A stretch of DNA of 64,000 bases from Meyerozyma guilliermondii (lineage: Eukaryota): contig CP128817.1 of assembly GCA_051546255.1 (NCBI GenBank), positions 1,612,001 to 1,676,000 of the forward strand, read 5' to 3'. The notes under the pieces are model-generated. The model did no database searches, was not told the origin of the DNA, and saw only the letters and a program-made list of their open reading frames with translations. This document shows, piece after piece, positions 1-9,504 of the stretch (its first letter is position 1; each line of letters starts with the position of its first letter). A program made the translations under genes and the position numbers.

Positions 1-364
1 GTCCCACACCGACCGGCTCGTCAGTAGATTCTCTAAGCACCACTAAAGAACAAGTAGCATCAAATCCAATTCCAAAGATATCAGCTGGGTCCACCCCCGA
101 TTCCAGAATTGCTCTTTTGACACAGAAACAAATGGCATTCCAGATCTCTGTACTGTTCTGAGTGATATAATTAGGCTTTAACTCGTGTCTAGTAATCGGC
201 CGTTCACTTAATCCGAGGATAATTCCGTTGGTATCAATCACACAAGCCCGAGCCGAACCGGTTCCCACATCTACCCCTACATAGTAGACGTCAGGTTGAG
301 GGGGGTTTTGTTGAAAGAAAAGGGAAGACTTGCGACTGGAAAGGTTAAGATTGGATTTGCCCAT
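1..364 (-). CDS. FGGY-family carbohydrate kinase (YDR109C/D-ribulokinase-like), 5' part; runs off the window
   Basis: Not in the ORF track. Hand translation from ATG at 364: MGKSNLNLSSRKSSPFFQQNPPQPDVYYVGVDVGTGSARACVIDTNG...IFGIGFDATCSLVV; GVDVGTGSAR and GFDATCSL are FGGY N-terminal motifs. Confidence 0.88.
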   Translation of the reverse strand, partial: MGKSNLNLSSRKSSLFFQQNPPQPDVYYVGVDVGTGSARACVIDTNGIILGLSERPITRHELKPNYITQNSTEIWNAICFCVKRAILESGVDPADIFGIGFDATCSLVVLRESTDEPVGVG

Positions 365-863
365 AATTGATGAAAAGAAATGGATAATGGAGCAAGTTGA
401 CCGGCTGCAGAGCAACGGGGACGGTGCAGGAATAGCGTCACGGTGCGTTATCCGGGGAGATTAGCATACAGGAAAGAAAAAAGAGAGGAGATCTTAAAAG
501 AGAAAAGTGGAAAAAAGGAATGGAACGAAAGGATTGGAAGGATTGGATAGGGGGTAGATTGCAATTAGCAATGATATGAAGTACGAGTAATATTTAAGAA
601 TTCGAGAAAATCTCATGGTAGTGAAGTAGAAACTGATAAACCCTCAGATAGTCTAGTGTCGTGTGTGTTGTGCTAAGGTAGTGTTAAGGTAATTACTCAC
701 ATTTCATAGGTTGACAGATCTAGTGCCGATCCCCAGTCAATTTAAATTCGCAATCGCACTCTCACATTTTCAACTCTCTCACTGATTCTCACTGTTTCTC
801 TCTTCTTCTATTCTCTTTTTCTCTCTTTGTTTCTCCCTCTATACTATGGTACACTATCCTACA

Positions 864-1286
864 TCAGCTTTGATACTTGGCCACCGCATCCACCAAAAAG
901 TCAAATTGCTCCGTCTTTTCCACCGCAGCTCGAATATGCGCCGCTCCTATACGCCGGACTCCACTCTTCTTCGCCTCCAACGCAGACACCTCCACCAAGT
1001 TGGCAATGAAAATCTCCAACGCTCGCCCCACCACCACCGGCGTGGCCTGCGCAACCTTGCCAATTTCTTCATCAGATTGCATGATCTTTTTTATCCGTGC
1101 GGCGGGAAAATGGGTCTTGATTCTGTCGAAAGAATCGATAATTGTCAGCTGGGTTACAGACGTCTGTTCGGGTTCCAGGCTGGGTTCCACACTGGGCTCC
1201 ACACTGGATTCCAAACTGGGCTCAACCTTTGGAACCACGGGCTCCTCCGGCTCGACCGGATTCATAATACTATGTATATCCGCCAT
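864..1286 (-). CDS. BUR6: NC2 alpha subunit (Bur6/DRAP1), histone fold
   Basis: RIKTHFPAARIKKIMQSDEEIGKVAQATPVVVGRALEIF...EQFDFL. First ATG is at 1286 (the track start at 1388 is GTG). Confidence 0.88.
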   Translation of the reverse strand: MADIHSIMNPVEPEEPVVPKVEPSLESSVEPSVEPSLEPEQTSVTQLTIIDSFDRIKTHFPAARIKKIMQSDEEIGKVAQATPVVVGRALEIFIANLVEVSALEAKKSGVRRIGAAHIRAAVEKTEQFDFLVDAVAKYQS

Positions 1287-1410
1287 AAATCGCTGTTTCC
1301 ATTGTCGTGCCGCAGGCTGCGAAATTGCCTGCTTAAATATTGCGGTGCGTCGTGCCGCTACCGATGCCTCCCGCCGATAAAAACCCACCTGGGCGCGCGT
1401 TGTTTGTTTT

Positions 1411-2529
1411 TCAGTCTCGGGTGCGACTGGGGACCCACCGCTTGTAGAGAATTTCGGTGATTTTGTAGGTTTTTAGCAATTGTAAAAAGTTGTCTGCGCT
1501 GTTCACATTGTGCCACTGGTCCTGAAATTGGGCGTCGTTGGGCACTTCCACATACACCAAAACTAGGGTTTTTTTCACCCCACCCACCACTCGGGCTAAA
1601 GCCGAAATGTCGCTCCACTCATAGTGGAAATCGGGTTCAGTGGTCGAAATTTTGATGGCAAACTCGGCGTGGCTGAATGGAGGGCCTCGCTTGTAAAGAA
1701 GCATGTCGCAGCCAAATTTGATGCCCAGTCGAACACACCAGCCTAGCGACCGATAATGATGATAGACGGCGTATTCCACGAGAAAACTGCTCGAAGCCAG
1801 GGGACTCGGAACGAGAGTGTTTAAGGTATCCAGAAACGACCGCGGTGGCAGCAATTGAGTCACTCCAAGAGCAAAATAAAGAAAGAAAAACTCCACTGGT
1901 TGCAACTGGAGATACTCAATGTTGGTCGTCAAATCACGAGTTCCAGGCTCCAATAAAGCTTCGTCTTCTGGTCTCAACTCCGCGGGAACTACCGGCGTCT
2001 CTACCGCCACCGTGGCCTGATGCCGCCATGCCTTCAACTTTTCTTGCAACTCGACCAATTCATTGTTGTCTTGTTCCGACAACGTGCCTTGTCTTTTTTC
2101 AAGTTCCAACTGCTGAACTCTGGCTCGTTCGTGTTTGAACTTTCGCCTTTCTTCCCGCCGCTGTTTCGTCACATCTTCGCTACTGAACCCAGCTACACCT
2201 TCTGGGTCGTTCAACCCAAGTCGACGAATTGTCCGAATTTTCCACGATGGGTCCGACCGGGAAAGCGAGCCCTTGCCAAAAAAACCCAGCTGCCATAACC
2301 TGGCAATATCTACATCGTCGTAGACCTTGAATTGGTGGTCTGCGTATACTACCTGGACAGTTTGGTGAGGGACTGGTTTACATACGGTGGACACATACCA
2401 CCAACCAAAAACGATCCAGGACAATGGATTGTGAGGAATTAGGTTCGGGGCCGGCCCGTAGTGGTCGCTGGAAAGTAGTAGCGGGAGGGGGTTACGATAC
2501 AAGTGAGACTTGGAGGTGCTTTTACTCAT
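1411..2529 (-). CDS. SEN2: tRNA-splicing endonuclease catalytic subunit Sen2
   Basis: GFFGKGSLSRSDP; EYLQL; YHHYRSLGWCVR(S)GIKFGCDMLLYKRGPPFSHAEF; ARVVGGVKKTL; YKRWVPSRTRD. Confidence 0.95.
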   Translation of the reverse strand: MSKSTSKSHLYRNPLPLLLSSDHYGPAPNLIPHNPLSWIVFGWWYVSTVCKPVPHQTVQVVYADHQFKVYDDVDIARLWQLGFFGKGSLSRSDPSWKIRTIRRLGLNDPEGVAGFSSEDVTKQRREERRKFKHERARVQQLELEKRQGTLSEQDNNELVELQEKLKAWRHQATVAVETPVVPAELRPEDEALLEPGTRDLTTNIEYLQLQPVEFFFLYFALGVTQLLPPRSFLDTLNTLVPSPLASSSFLVEYAVYHHYRSLGWCVRLGIKFGCDMLLYKRGPPFSHAEFAIKISTTEPDFHYEWSDISALARVVGGVKKTLVLVYVEVPNDAQFQDQWHNVNSADNFLQLLKTYKITEILYKRWVPSRTRD

Positions 2530-2639
2530 CTTTGTTAGTATAAATGTTCGTCAGATACCGTTGTAGTCTATTGAGAAATCGTATGCTCACACGGAGATTC
2601 AAGCATAATGTTTGGATCATCAGAGAACTATATACTTAC
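2530..2639 (-). other. Spliceosomal intron in the SEN2 5' leader (snoRNA host intron), 110 nt
   Basis: Minus strand: GTAAGT donor (2639-2634), perfect TACTAAC branch point (2540-2534), AAG acceptor immediately before the SEN2 ATG. Confidence 0.8.
2547..2627 (-). ncRNA. SNR79: Box C/D snoRNA, snR79-like (guide for 18S rRNA Cm1007-equivalent)
   Basis: Box C TGATGA (2622-2617), box D CTGA (2554-2551), terminal stem GTTC/GAAC, and guide GACTACAACGGTAT (2568-2555) complementary to 18S AUACCGUCGUAGUC with one mismatch. The D+5 rule points to the second C of AUACC. Confidence 0.88.
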
Positions 2640-2765
2640 TCGTCATTGTTAGAAAGAAAAAATTGAGGAAAAAGTGTTAGGAAGAAACATCTGCGACAGC
2701 TGCGAAAAAATGTTTGTGACGGCTTTTGTGTGGGTGGTGGGGTGCGAAAAAACTGCAAAAAAAAC

Positions 2766-2837
2766 TGCCGATCCCAGGAATCGAACTTGGGTTTCTTCGG
2801 CCACAACGAAGTGTACTAACCACTATACTAGATCGGC
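2766..2837 (-). tRNA. tRNA-His(GUG), no intron
   Basis: GCCGATCTAGTATAGTGGTTAGTACACTTCGTTGTGGCCGAAGAAACCCAAGTTCGATTCCTGGGATCGGCA; 7-bp acceptor stem, anticodon stem CTTCG/CGAAG around GTG; T8 terminator at 2764-2757; G-1 is not encoded. Confidence 0.96.
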
Positions 2838-3253
2838 TTGTTCTGATATTCACATGGAAACGAATAGTGATAAGACATTGTGAGAGTTCTGATCATAACA
2901 AATTGTGAGAATTCTGTTTATCGAAATAAAGGCAAATATTGAAAAGAAGCGTTTTTATTTTTGCATACGAGCGCGTTCTTCTTCTCTATCTTGTGTCTGA
3001 AGTGGCCGGACAAAATTATGGTAAACTTATGGTTAAAATTGTATTTCCTAAATTTGCCACTTTTTACATTTTTTCAAATTTACAAAAAACGTGATTAATA
3101 ACGCTACTCAAGAAAACCGTTCAAGAAAGCTAGCGCCATTCCCGACGCGTACACGAAAAGAGCCCCCTAAACTGCTCCAAAGTTATCAAATCGATTTCCC
3201 CTTTTGGTCACGTTTCGACCAGTACACCAACCAAACTCCAACTACATGTATCC

Positions 3254-4639
3254 ATGTTTTACTGCCTGAAGTGCAATGCTCCGCTTCAGATTGACCATAG
3301 CTTGCAAGATGCCAACACAGGGCAGCTCAACTTGTTGACTCAAAACAAACAAAGTGTGCTGGCAGCAGCACCTAAACTCAACCTGGTGGATTTCATTCCA
3401 AAAGAACGGCTTGAATTGTTGGAAGAAGTTGAGAAAAACGGCCATAACGAGCCTATCCATTTCTTGGACACCATTGAAGAACACGGGACCGACTCGCTGC
3501 CGGACCACGATAGTCTGCCCGATGCTTCATTGGTGGTAAATGGAGGAGAGATTGAGGAACCGGTACCGGTGCTGGCGCCGTCGCCGGAGTCTAGCGAAGC
3601 AGACGGACCAAATCCGATCTCGGGACGAATACACACCTTGGAAAAGATATTTGATATTCTTTCCAACAAAGGCGAAGTGAACCATCCAATGTGCGATGAG
3701 TGTGCTGAGCTTTTGATCGAAAACTATAAACTCAAGTTTGACCAGAACCAACGGGAAAAAGACCTGTACATGACTTTCTTGAAGAAGCTAAAGTTAAAGG
3801 ATGACTCCGACATTAAGGAGCTGGATTTGGATACGAAACTTCGAGACTCGATCCAGGAATGTCGGGACCTTGCTGCGAGCGAGCAAGAAAAACTACAGGA
3901 ACTACGCTCTCTCGAGCAGAATAGAGAGGAATTGTCGAAGGAGCTCCAAGACGTAAAGATGGAATTGGCGCTTCAACAAAGCACCGAACTTCTGAATGCA
4001 TTAAGGCTCAAAAATGAACTTCATTGGACACTTCAACGAAAAGCAGACCAATTGGCTCAGGAAAAAGCTCGGTATCGTGTTGTTTTGAACCGGCTAGACC
4101 ATCTTCGGAACCTCAACATGTATACAAAATTCTTTGATATTGCAGCCGACGACCAATTTGGCAAGATCAATGGGTTCCGATTGGGCTATAAAGTGCCGTG
4201 GCTGGAAGTAAATTGCGCATTGGGCCAGGTAGTTTTGCTTGCGGTGTTCTTGTGCAAACGGCTTGATGTCAGACTACAAAGCTATAAACTCGTTCCCATG
4301 GGTTCTCGTTCTCAAATTGTCAAGTTGTCATCGGACCACGATAAGTCGAAAACCGTCTTAAATCTTTACCTGTCCAACGAGCTATCGCTCGGAAAATTGT
4401 TCAATTTTAACAAGTTGGACGTGTCCATGATCGCGCTCCTCGACGTACTCTCCCAGATAGAAGCCACAGTTTTGGCGTTGGATAGTGAAATCGAGCTTCC
4501 GTATACAATTTCACCCAAGAAAGATGTTATAGGTGGTAAGAGCATTAGAGTTACTTCCAACTCCGATTGGACATTCAGCTGCAAATTTCTCCTCGTCAAC
4601 TTCAAATGGATCTTAACCTACGCCAGTAGCCGACATTAG
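3254..4639 (+). CDS. VPS30: Beclin/Vps30 (Atg6), PI3K complex subunit
   Basis: N-terminal CxxC, VNHPMCDECAELL, long coiled coil, BARA domain FGKINGFRLG...NCALGQ...YKLVPMGSRS...WTFSCKFLLVNFKW. Confidence 0.93.
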   Translation: MFYCLKCNAPLQIDHSLQDANTGQLNLLTQNKQSVLAAAPKLNLVDFIPKERLELLEEVEKNGHNEPIHFLDTIEEHGTDSLPDHDSLPDASLVVNGGEIEEPVPVLAPSPESSEADGPNPISGRIHTLEKIFDILSNKGEVNHPMCDECAELLIENYKLKFDQNQREKDLYMTFLKKLKLKDDSDIKELDLDTKLRDSIQECRDLAASEQEKLQELRSLEQNREELSKELQDVKMELALQQSTELLNALRLKNELHWTLQRKADQLAQEKARYRVVLNRLDHLRNLNMYTKFFDIAADDQFGKINGFRLGYKVPWLEVNCALGQVVLLAVFLCKRLDVRLQSYKLVPMGSRSQIVKLSSDHDKSKTVLNLYLSNELSLGKLFNFNKLDVSMIALLDVLSQIEATVLALDSEIELPYTISPKKDVIGGKSIRVTSNSDWTFSCKFLLVNFKWILTYASSRH

Positions 4640-4786
4640 TTACGTCAATGTAAAACAATGCATTATTACCTGTATGCAGCGTGTACCTGCGTTTTGTTCC
4701 ACAACGCGATTTTTTGTAGGGGTGCTTGGCTGTGCTCGCCAGTTTATCAACAGTTTTTCGTTTGTTCGAATTCCACCGCTCCTGTT

Positions 4787-6682
4787 ATGCTAACGGTTTT
4801 ATTGCAAATTTTTGCATTTGCTTGGCTTTTGCTGCCCGCGGCATCCTTCTACCTTCCAGGGGTGGCACCAAAGGATTATAAGAAGGGCGATACCATTCCC
4901 TTATTGGTAAATCATTTGACCCCGTCGCTGGTCAAAAAATCCAAAACCAACTCGAAAACGCTTGTCTACTCCTATGACTACTACTACCCCAAATTCCACT
5001 TCTGCAAACCCGAGGGCGGTCCTCAGAAACAACTGGAATCTTTGGGCTCGATTATATTTGGAGACAGAATCTTCAATTCCCCTTTCGAAATCAAGATGCT
5101 CGAAGACAAAACTTGTCAAAAAATGTGTACCGCCGAATACTCAAAATCCGACGCGATATTTGTGCGCAGAAACATCCGTGCTGGCTACTCACACAACTGG
5201 ATCATTGACGGACTTCCCGGTGCTCTGCACGTTGTAGACCAACATACTCTGACGGACTTTTTCAATCCTGGTTTTCCAATTGGTCAAGTTGACGAACAGG
5301 ATAAGGCGCGGTTGCACAACCATTTTGACCTTATTATCGAATACCACATGCGCAGCAAAGATGTGTACCGTGTGGTGGGTTTTAACGTCAAACCTGCCAG
5401 TTACAGCAGTGCTAATTTGGATGAAAAGTCACTGCCTGAAGACTATTGCAATCCTGATTTACAGCCTGTCTACCTCAACAAGGACAGAGAGTCAAAGGTT
5501 CTCTTTACTTACTCTGTTTATTTCAAGGAATCAAAAACTGCTTGGGCTACTAGATGGGACAAATATTTGCACGTATTTGATCCAAAAATTCAGTGGTTTT
5601 CTCTTATCAACTTTTCCCTCATTGTCGTCATTCTTGGTATAATTATTGCCCATATCTTGCACAGAACGTTGAAAAATGATATTGTCAAGTACAACGAGGT
5701 GAATCTCGATGACGATGTCGCTGATGATTCAGGATGGAAATTGGTCCATGGAGACATTTTCAGAACCCCAAAAAACCCAATGCTTTTGTCCATTATTGTG
5801 GGCAGTGGTGCTCAGATTTTGATGATGACTTCCGTCACTATTGTGTTCGCTTTGTTCGGCTTGTTGTCGCCTTCTAGTAGAGGTGCATTGTCCACCTTTA
5901 TGTTCATCCTTTATGTTTTGTTCAGCATTGTTTCCTCGTTTGTTTCTGGATACCTTTACAAATTTTTCGGCGGTGAAAATTGGAAAATGAACATGATCCT
6001 CACTCCTCTTTTGGTTCCTGGTGTTCTCTTGGGAATTTTCATATTCTTGAACTTTTTCTTGATATATGTTAATTCCTCAGGTGCCATCCCCATCGGAACT
6101 ATGTTTGCTATTGTTGTTATTTGGTTTGTTATCTCTGTGCCATTGTCTGTGTTGGGATCGCTCCTTGCTAGCAAGAGACCAATGATTTCAGTGCCAGTCA
6201 GAACCAACCAAATTCCAAGACAGATTCCTCCTCAACCATGGTACTTGAGAACCATTCCAGTTATGTTGATCTCGGGTATTTTCCCCTTTGGATCAATTGC
6301 AGTCGAAATGTACTTTATCCACAACTCATTATGGTTTAACAGAATATTCTACATGTTTGGATTCTTGTTTTTCTGCTTCATATTGATGATTGTGTCCACA
6401 GCATTGGTGTCGGTACTTATGATCTACTACACCTTGTGCTCTGAAAACTACAAATGGCAATGGAAGTCGGTGTTTGTTGGAGGCGGCTGTGCCATATTTG
6501 TATTTTTGCATTCGTTACTCCTTGTCGGAGGAAAGAACTTGTCGGGATTCCCATCGATTGTTTTGTACGTGGGATACTCGAGTGTGATTTCCTTGTTGGT
6601 TTTCATTTGCTGTGGATCGGTGGGATTCATTGTCAATTTGATCTTTGTCAGAAAGATCTATGCTCAGATCAAAATTGATTGA
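4787..6682 (+). CDS. EMP70: TM9/endomembrane protein 70 family
   Basis: Signal peptide followed by FYLPGVAPKDY; WATRWDKYL; IQWFSLINF; GWKLVHGDIFR; RTNQIPRQIP; C-terminal KID. ATG at 4787 is preferred because it yields the signal peptide. Confidence 0.95.
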   Translation: MLTVLLQIFAFAWLLLPAASFYLPGVAPKDYKKGDTIPLLVNHLTPSLVKKSKTNSKTLVYSYDYYYPKFHFCKPEGGPQKQLESLGSIIFGDRIFNSPFEIKMLEDKTCQKMCTAEYSKSDAIFVRRNIRAGYSHNWIIDGLPGALHVVDQHTLTDFFNPGFPIGQVDEQDKARLHNHFDLIIEYHMRSKDVYRVVGFNVKPASYSSANLDEKSLPEDYCNPDLQPVYLNKDRESKVLFTYSVYFKESKTAWATRWDKYLHVFDPKIQWFSLINFSLIVVILGIIIAHILHRTLKNDIVKYNEVNLDDDVADDSGWKLVHGDIFRTPKNPMLLSIIVGSGAQILMMTSVTIVFALFGLLSPSSRGALSTFMFILYVLFSIVSSFVSGYLYKFFGGENWKMNMILTPLLVPGVLLGIFIFLNFFLIYVNSSGAIPIGTMFAIVVIWFVISVPLSVLGSLLASKRPMISVPVRTNQIPRQIPPQPWYLRTIPVMLISGIFPFGSIAVEMYFIHNSLWFNRIFYMFGFLFFCFILMIVSTALVSVLMIYYTLCSENYKWQWKSVFVGGGCAIFVFLHSLLLVGGKNLSGFPSIVLYVGYSSVISLLVFICCGSVGFIVNLIFVRKIYAQIKID

Positions 6683-6764
6683 TTGCTACAAGCCACTTGC
6701 ATGAGAACGAATAGCTAATATTCATTAGCTAGATACATACCCATTAATAGTGTCAAAAAGACGT

Positions 6765-9221
6765 TCATAACCAACCATCGTATTCCTCTTGCTCCACAAA
6801 AGCAATGATACCATTTTGCAAATCATTAGTCCACTCGTTTGATGTTTGGTTTTCCACCGGTCTGTTGAACGCAAGCTTGTAGGATTCAACTCGACTTTGA
6901 ATCAACTTCAGAGCACTTTGACCAATGTTATAGGCGGAATTGCGGTTCAAATTGCTATTGAGCAAATTAAAAGCTATCGACAAATCATTGTTAATTTTCA
7001 TACACCTTTGTGCCAACTCCACATCTTTCGACGAGCTCACGAGGCTATCTGTAAGTAACTTACACAACTTAATTAGCTTGTAAGACTGAGCATAGGCCAA
7101 GTTGAGGAATGGAGTCAAGATGTCTTTTCCAGAATCAGATTGCCCAGGAGAGCTTGAGGCAGAATTGACAGTCGAGATAAAGTTGGAGACGTTGATGATT
7201 GACTGAGATAACCTTTTGAGTAATCTTCCCAACTTTAGACTGTAATCATGGACAGTATCTTGCTCTTCTTCATTGAGCACCGAACCCATCTTGTCGAACA
7301 AAACTATCATTTCAGTCAAGTAATCGTAAAACTCGTACTTGTCTTTCAAAAGGTAGACAAAAAGGCTGTAAAACTGAACCGAATTCGAGTTCAATTGCAG
7401 GATTTCGTTCTGAAGAATGCAAAAGTCTTCGGTGAACCTTTGACACTCATTCTTGTTAATCTGTTTGAAATTGAGTTCGTTTCTTATTTTGAGAAGTCTG
7501 TTGAGTAGCGAGGCTACTTTGAAGCTGAAAATACCATCGCTTCCAGGAACAGAATTATCCTGTGGAAAGAGTATTGCCAAGTGCTGAAACAAAAATTCGT
7601 TCACGGTAGTTTTGACATTCAGCTGGGCTCCGAAGCTTAAAGCATAAAATGTGTCGATAACCGATAAGCAGAGGTAAAGTTTTGGCAAATAGATCTGGAT
7701 GGCATCGGGATTGATGGGTTTGTCGGGAAAACCTTGAGACACATACAGACTGAAACTTTCGGCAACTTTGAACTCGTTCAAGATTCCAAGGGTTATGGAA
7801 ATGCCCAACGCATAAACGTCACCGTTCAATAATATAGCGTAGTCGATCAAGACCAATGATGTAATAAATAGCGAAACCAAGCTATCGTTGACTTCGATGC
7901 CGAGCAGAGAAAATGGGTAATATTGAAGAAGTCGGTGAAACAACCGAATATTGTCAGCGAGGCTCAACGACTGGAAATTGTTCAAGTTGTTCAACGAGAG
8001 ATTGAAGAGCTCCAACATGCCCTCGGCACGGCACTCGTTTTGCATCTCACGAAGTGCCTGGATTTGGAAAGGAAGTATGGGGAAATGGTGGTGGAACTTG
8101 CGGTAATAAATTTCAAGATTGACGTCCAAATTATTGATGGGGACTTTTGTGGGCGGTTGAGGAGTTGGGGTGTGGCTAGCAGTATTTGGATGTAGCTGCA
8201 TTGGTCCGTATAAGGTTGGCATTTGAGGGAACTGTTGGTGGGGAGAGAACTGGAATTGCACAACTCCAGGTTGAGCAGGATAGGGAACAGGAGGAGAAAA
8301 AGATGCTGGTTGCTGGTTGAAGGTCATGCTGTTGATTCGTCCATTAAGACTTGAAAGCGACGATACCGAATTGCGAGGAGATATCGATTGGGAAGATTGG
8401 CGGGACATTTTTGACCTCACAGAGTGAAAGTCATCGTCACTATCGCTGACTCCGCTTTCGCTGGCAACAGAGACGCTTGGTACGAGCGAAGACATCCGCG
8501 AGCGAGATCCGTTTGACAAGTTGGAATTTGTTGACGAAACCGAGTCGGCGGACTCTCTTCTTTCTCGACGCAATTCAGGCATTTCGTACGGAACTTTCCA
8601 AAATGGACCTTTGATGGAAGGACTACTAACCTGCGATCTTGCTGAGTACGTTGCGGTCGTGCTAGCTTGGACTGGAGCATTCACATCAACGCTGGAACGT
8701 AAAGAACCGTTGGCAGAAACCTGTCTTGGAGTAGTCGGATCGGAACCGTCGTCCTTCTTAACTGCTCCCAATGGGGGAAGAACCGGTTTAGTAGCAGAAC
8801 CATTGGCAGTACTACTCTCTACCGGCAGTCTCTGGAAGCTGTGAACAAGCGGTGGTAAAACAATTGAGCTTGAGGGATTGGGAGGAGACACTTTATGTGC
8901 TGAAATGGAATGATTTGGATACGGCAACGAAGGAGGATCATATGTGGAGCCCCCCAAACTGTGGGTTCTAGCATGGGACTCATTATCGTCAAAGTCCTTG
9001 GAATGTCCTTTGGATGGTCCACGCTTCAATGGAACTCGAGAAAATGTGCATTCTTCAAAATTCTTCCGACAATTAGTACACGCTTTAGTCACCTTCAGCA
9101 ATGAACTAGTAAACTCTCCATCACACCTGATCTTCTTGCGCCTACATCCATCGCAAGCTCTGGAGACTTTTGACCTTTTTCTTGGATGGGATAAATTCAC
9201 CTCAAGGTTATTTTCCTCCAT
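6765..9221 (-). CDS. RGT1: Zn2Cys6 glucose-transport regulator Rgt1
   Basis: KVSRACDGCRRKKIRCD...CTNC...CTFSRVPLKRGPSKG is an Rgt1 signature; also PFWKVPY and a Ser-rich middle region. Confidence 0.85.
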   Translation of the reverse strand: MEENNLEVNLSHPRKRSKVSRACDGCRRKKIRCDGEFTSSLLKVTKACTNCRKNFEECTFSRVPLKRGPSKGHSKDFDDNESHARTHSLGGSTYDPPSLPYPNHSISAHKVSPPNPSSSIVLPPLVHSFQRLPVESSTANGSATKPVLPPLGAVKKDDGSDPTTPRQVSANGSLRSSVDVNAPVQASTTATYSARSQVSSPSIKGPFWKVPYEMPELRRERRESADSVSSTNSNLSNGSRSRMSSLVPSVSVASESGVSDSDDDFHSVRSKMSRQSSQSISPRNSVSSLSSLNGRINSMTFNQQPASFSPPVPYPAQPGVVQFQFSPHQQFPQMPTLYGPMQLHPNTASHTPTPQPPTKVPINNLDVNLEIYYRKFHHHFPILPFQIQALREMQNECRAEGMLELFNLSLNNLNNFQSLSLADNIRLFHRLLQYYPFSLLGIEVNDSLVSLFITSLVLIDYAILLNGDVYALGISITLGILNEFKVAESFSLYVSQGFPDKPINPDAIQIYLPKLYLCLSVIDTFYALSFGAQLNVKTTVNEFLFQHLAILFPQDNSVPGSDGIFSFKVASLLNRLLKIRNELNFKQINKNECQRFTEDFCILQNEILQLNSNSVQFYSLFVYLLKDKYEFYDYLTEMIVLFDKMGSVLNEEEQDTVHDYSLKLGRLLKRLSQSIINVSNFISTVNSASSSPGQSDSGKDILTPFLNLAYAQSYKLIKLCKLLTDSLVSSSKDVELAQRCMKINNDLSIAFNLLNSNLNRNSAYNIGQSALKLIQSRVESYKLAFNRPVENQTSNEWTNDLQNGIIAFVEQEEYDGWL

Positions 9222-9504
9222 CTTTGCTATTCCCTGGGGTGTCAGCCAGTACTAGATGACGGCAGCACAGCAAAATGGTTGGAAAATTCGGTGGTTTTTT
9301 TGGTCCAGCTAAATTATTCGAGACCCCTTTTACTGGCGGCTGTCTGAATTTCAACAATTTTACAGCCAAATTTGCTTACGAACAAAGGTTGCTAATGAGG
9401 TTCTAATACTACTCAGTACAAGCAGATCCAAGATAAAACCACCGTAAATTCACAACTCGTCACTTAATTTCGTAAATGTACCGTTTGCAAAATTTGGCGG
9501 TTTC

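Noticed and set aside
3218..3229. ACCAGTACACCA, 1.5 copies of the complement of the ACTGGTGT telomeric repeat I recall for M. guilliermondii (telomerase RNA template?)
   Set aside because: It lies 25 nt before the VPS30 ATG on the same strand, leaving no room for a telomerase RNA; species and repeat are unverified; chance is plausible.
9281..9294. GGAAAATTCGGTGG resembling RNase P RNA CR-I
   Set aside because: No CR-V or P4 partner downstream, and it is followed immediately by a T-run.
9234..9379. Possible RGT1 5'-UTR intron (GTAAGC...GCTGAC...CAG on minus)
   Set aside because: Donor and branch point both deviate from consensus and the spacing differs from the three well-supported introns.
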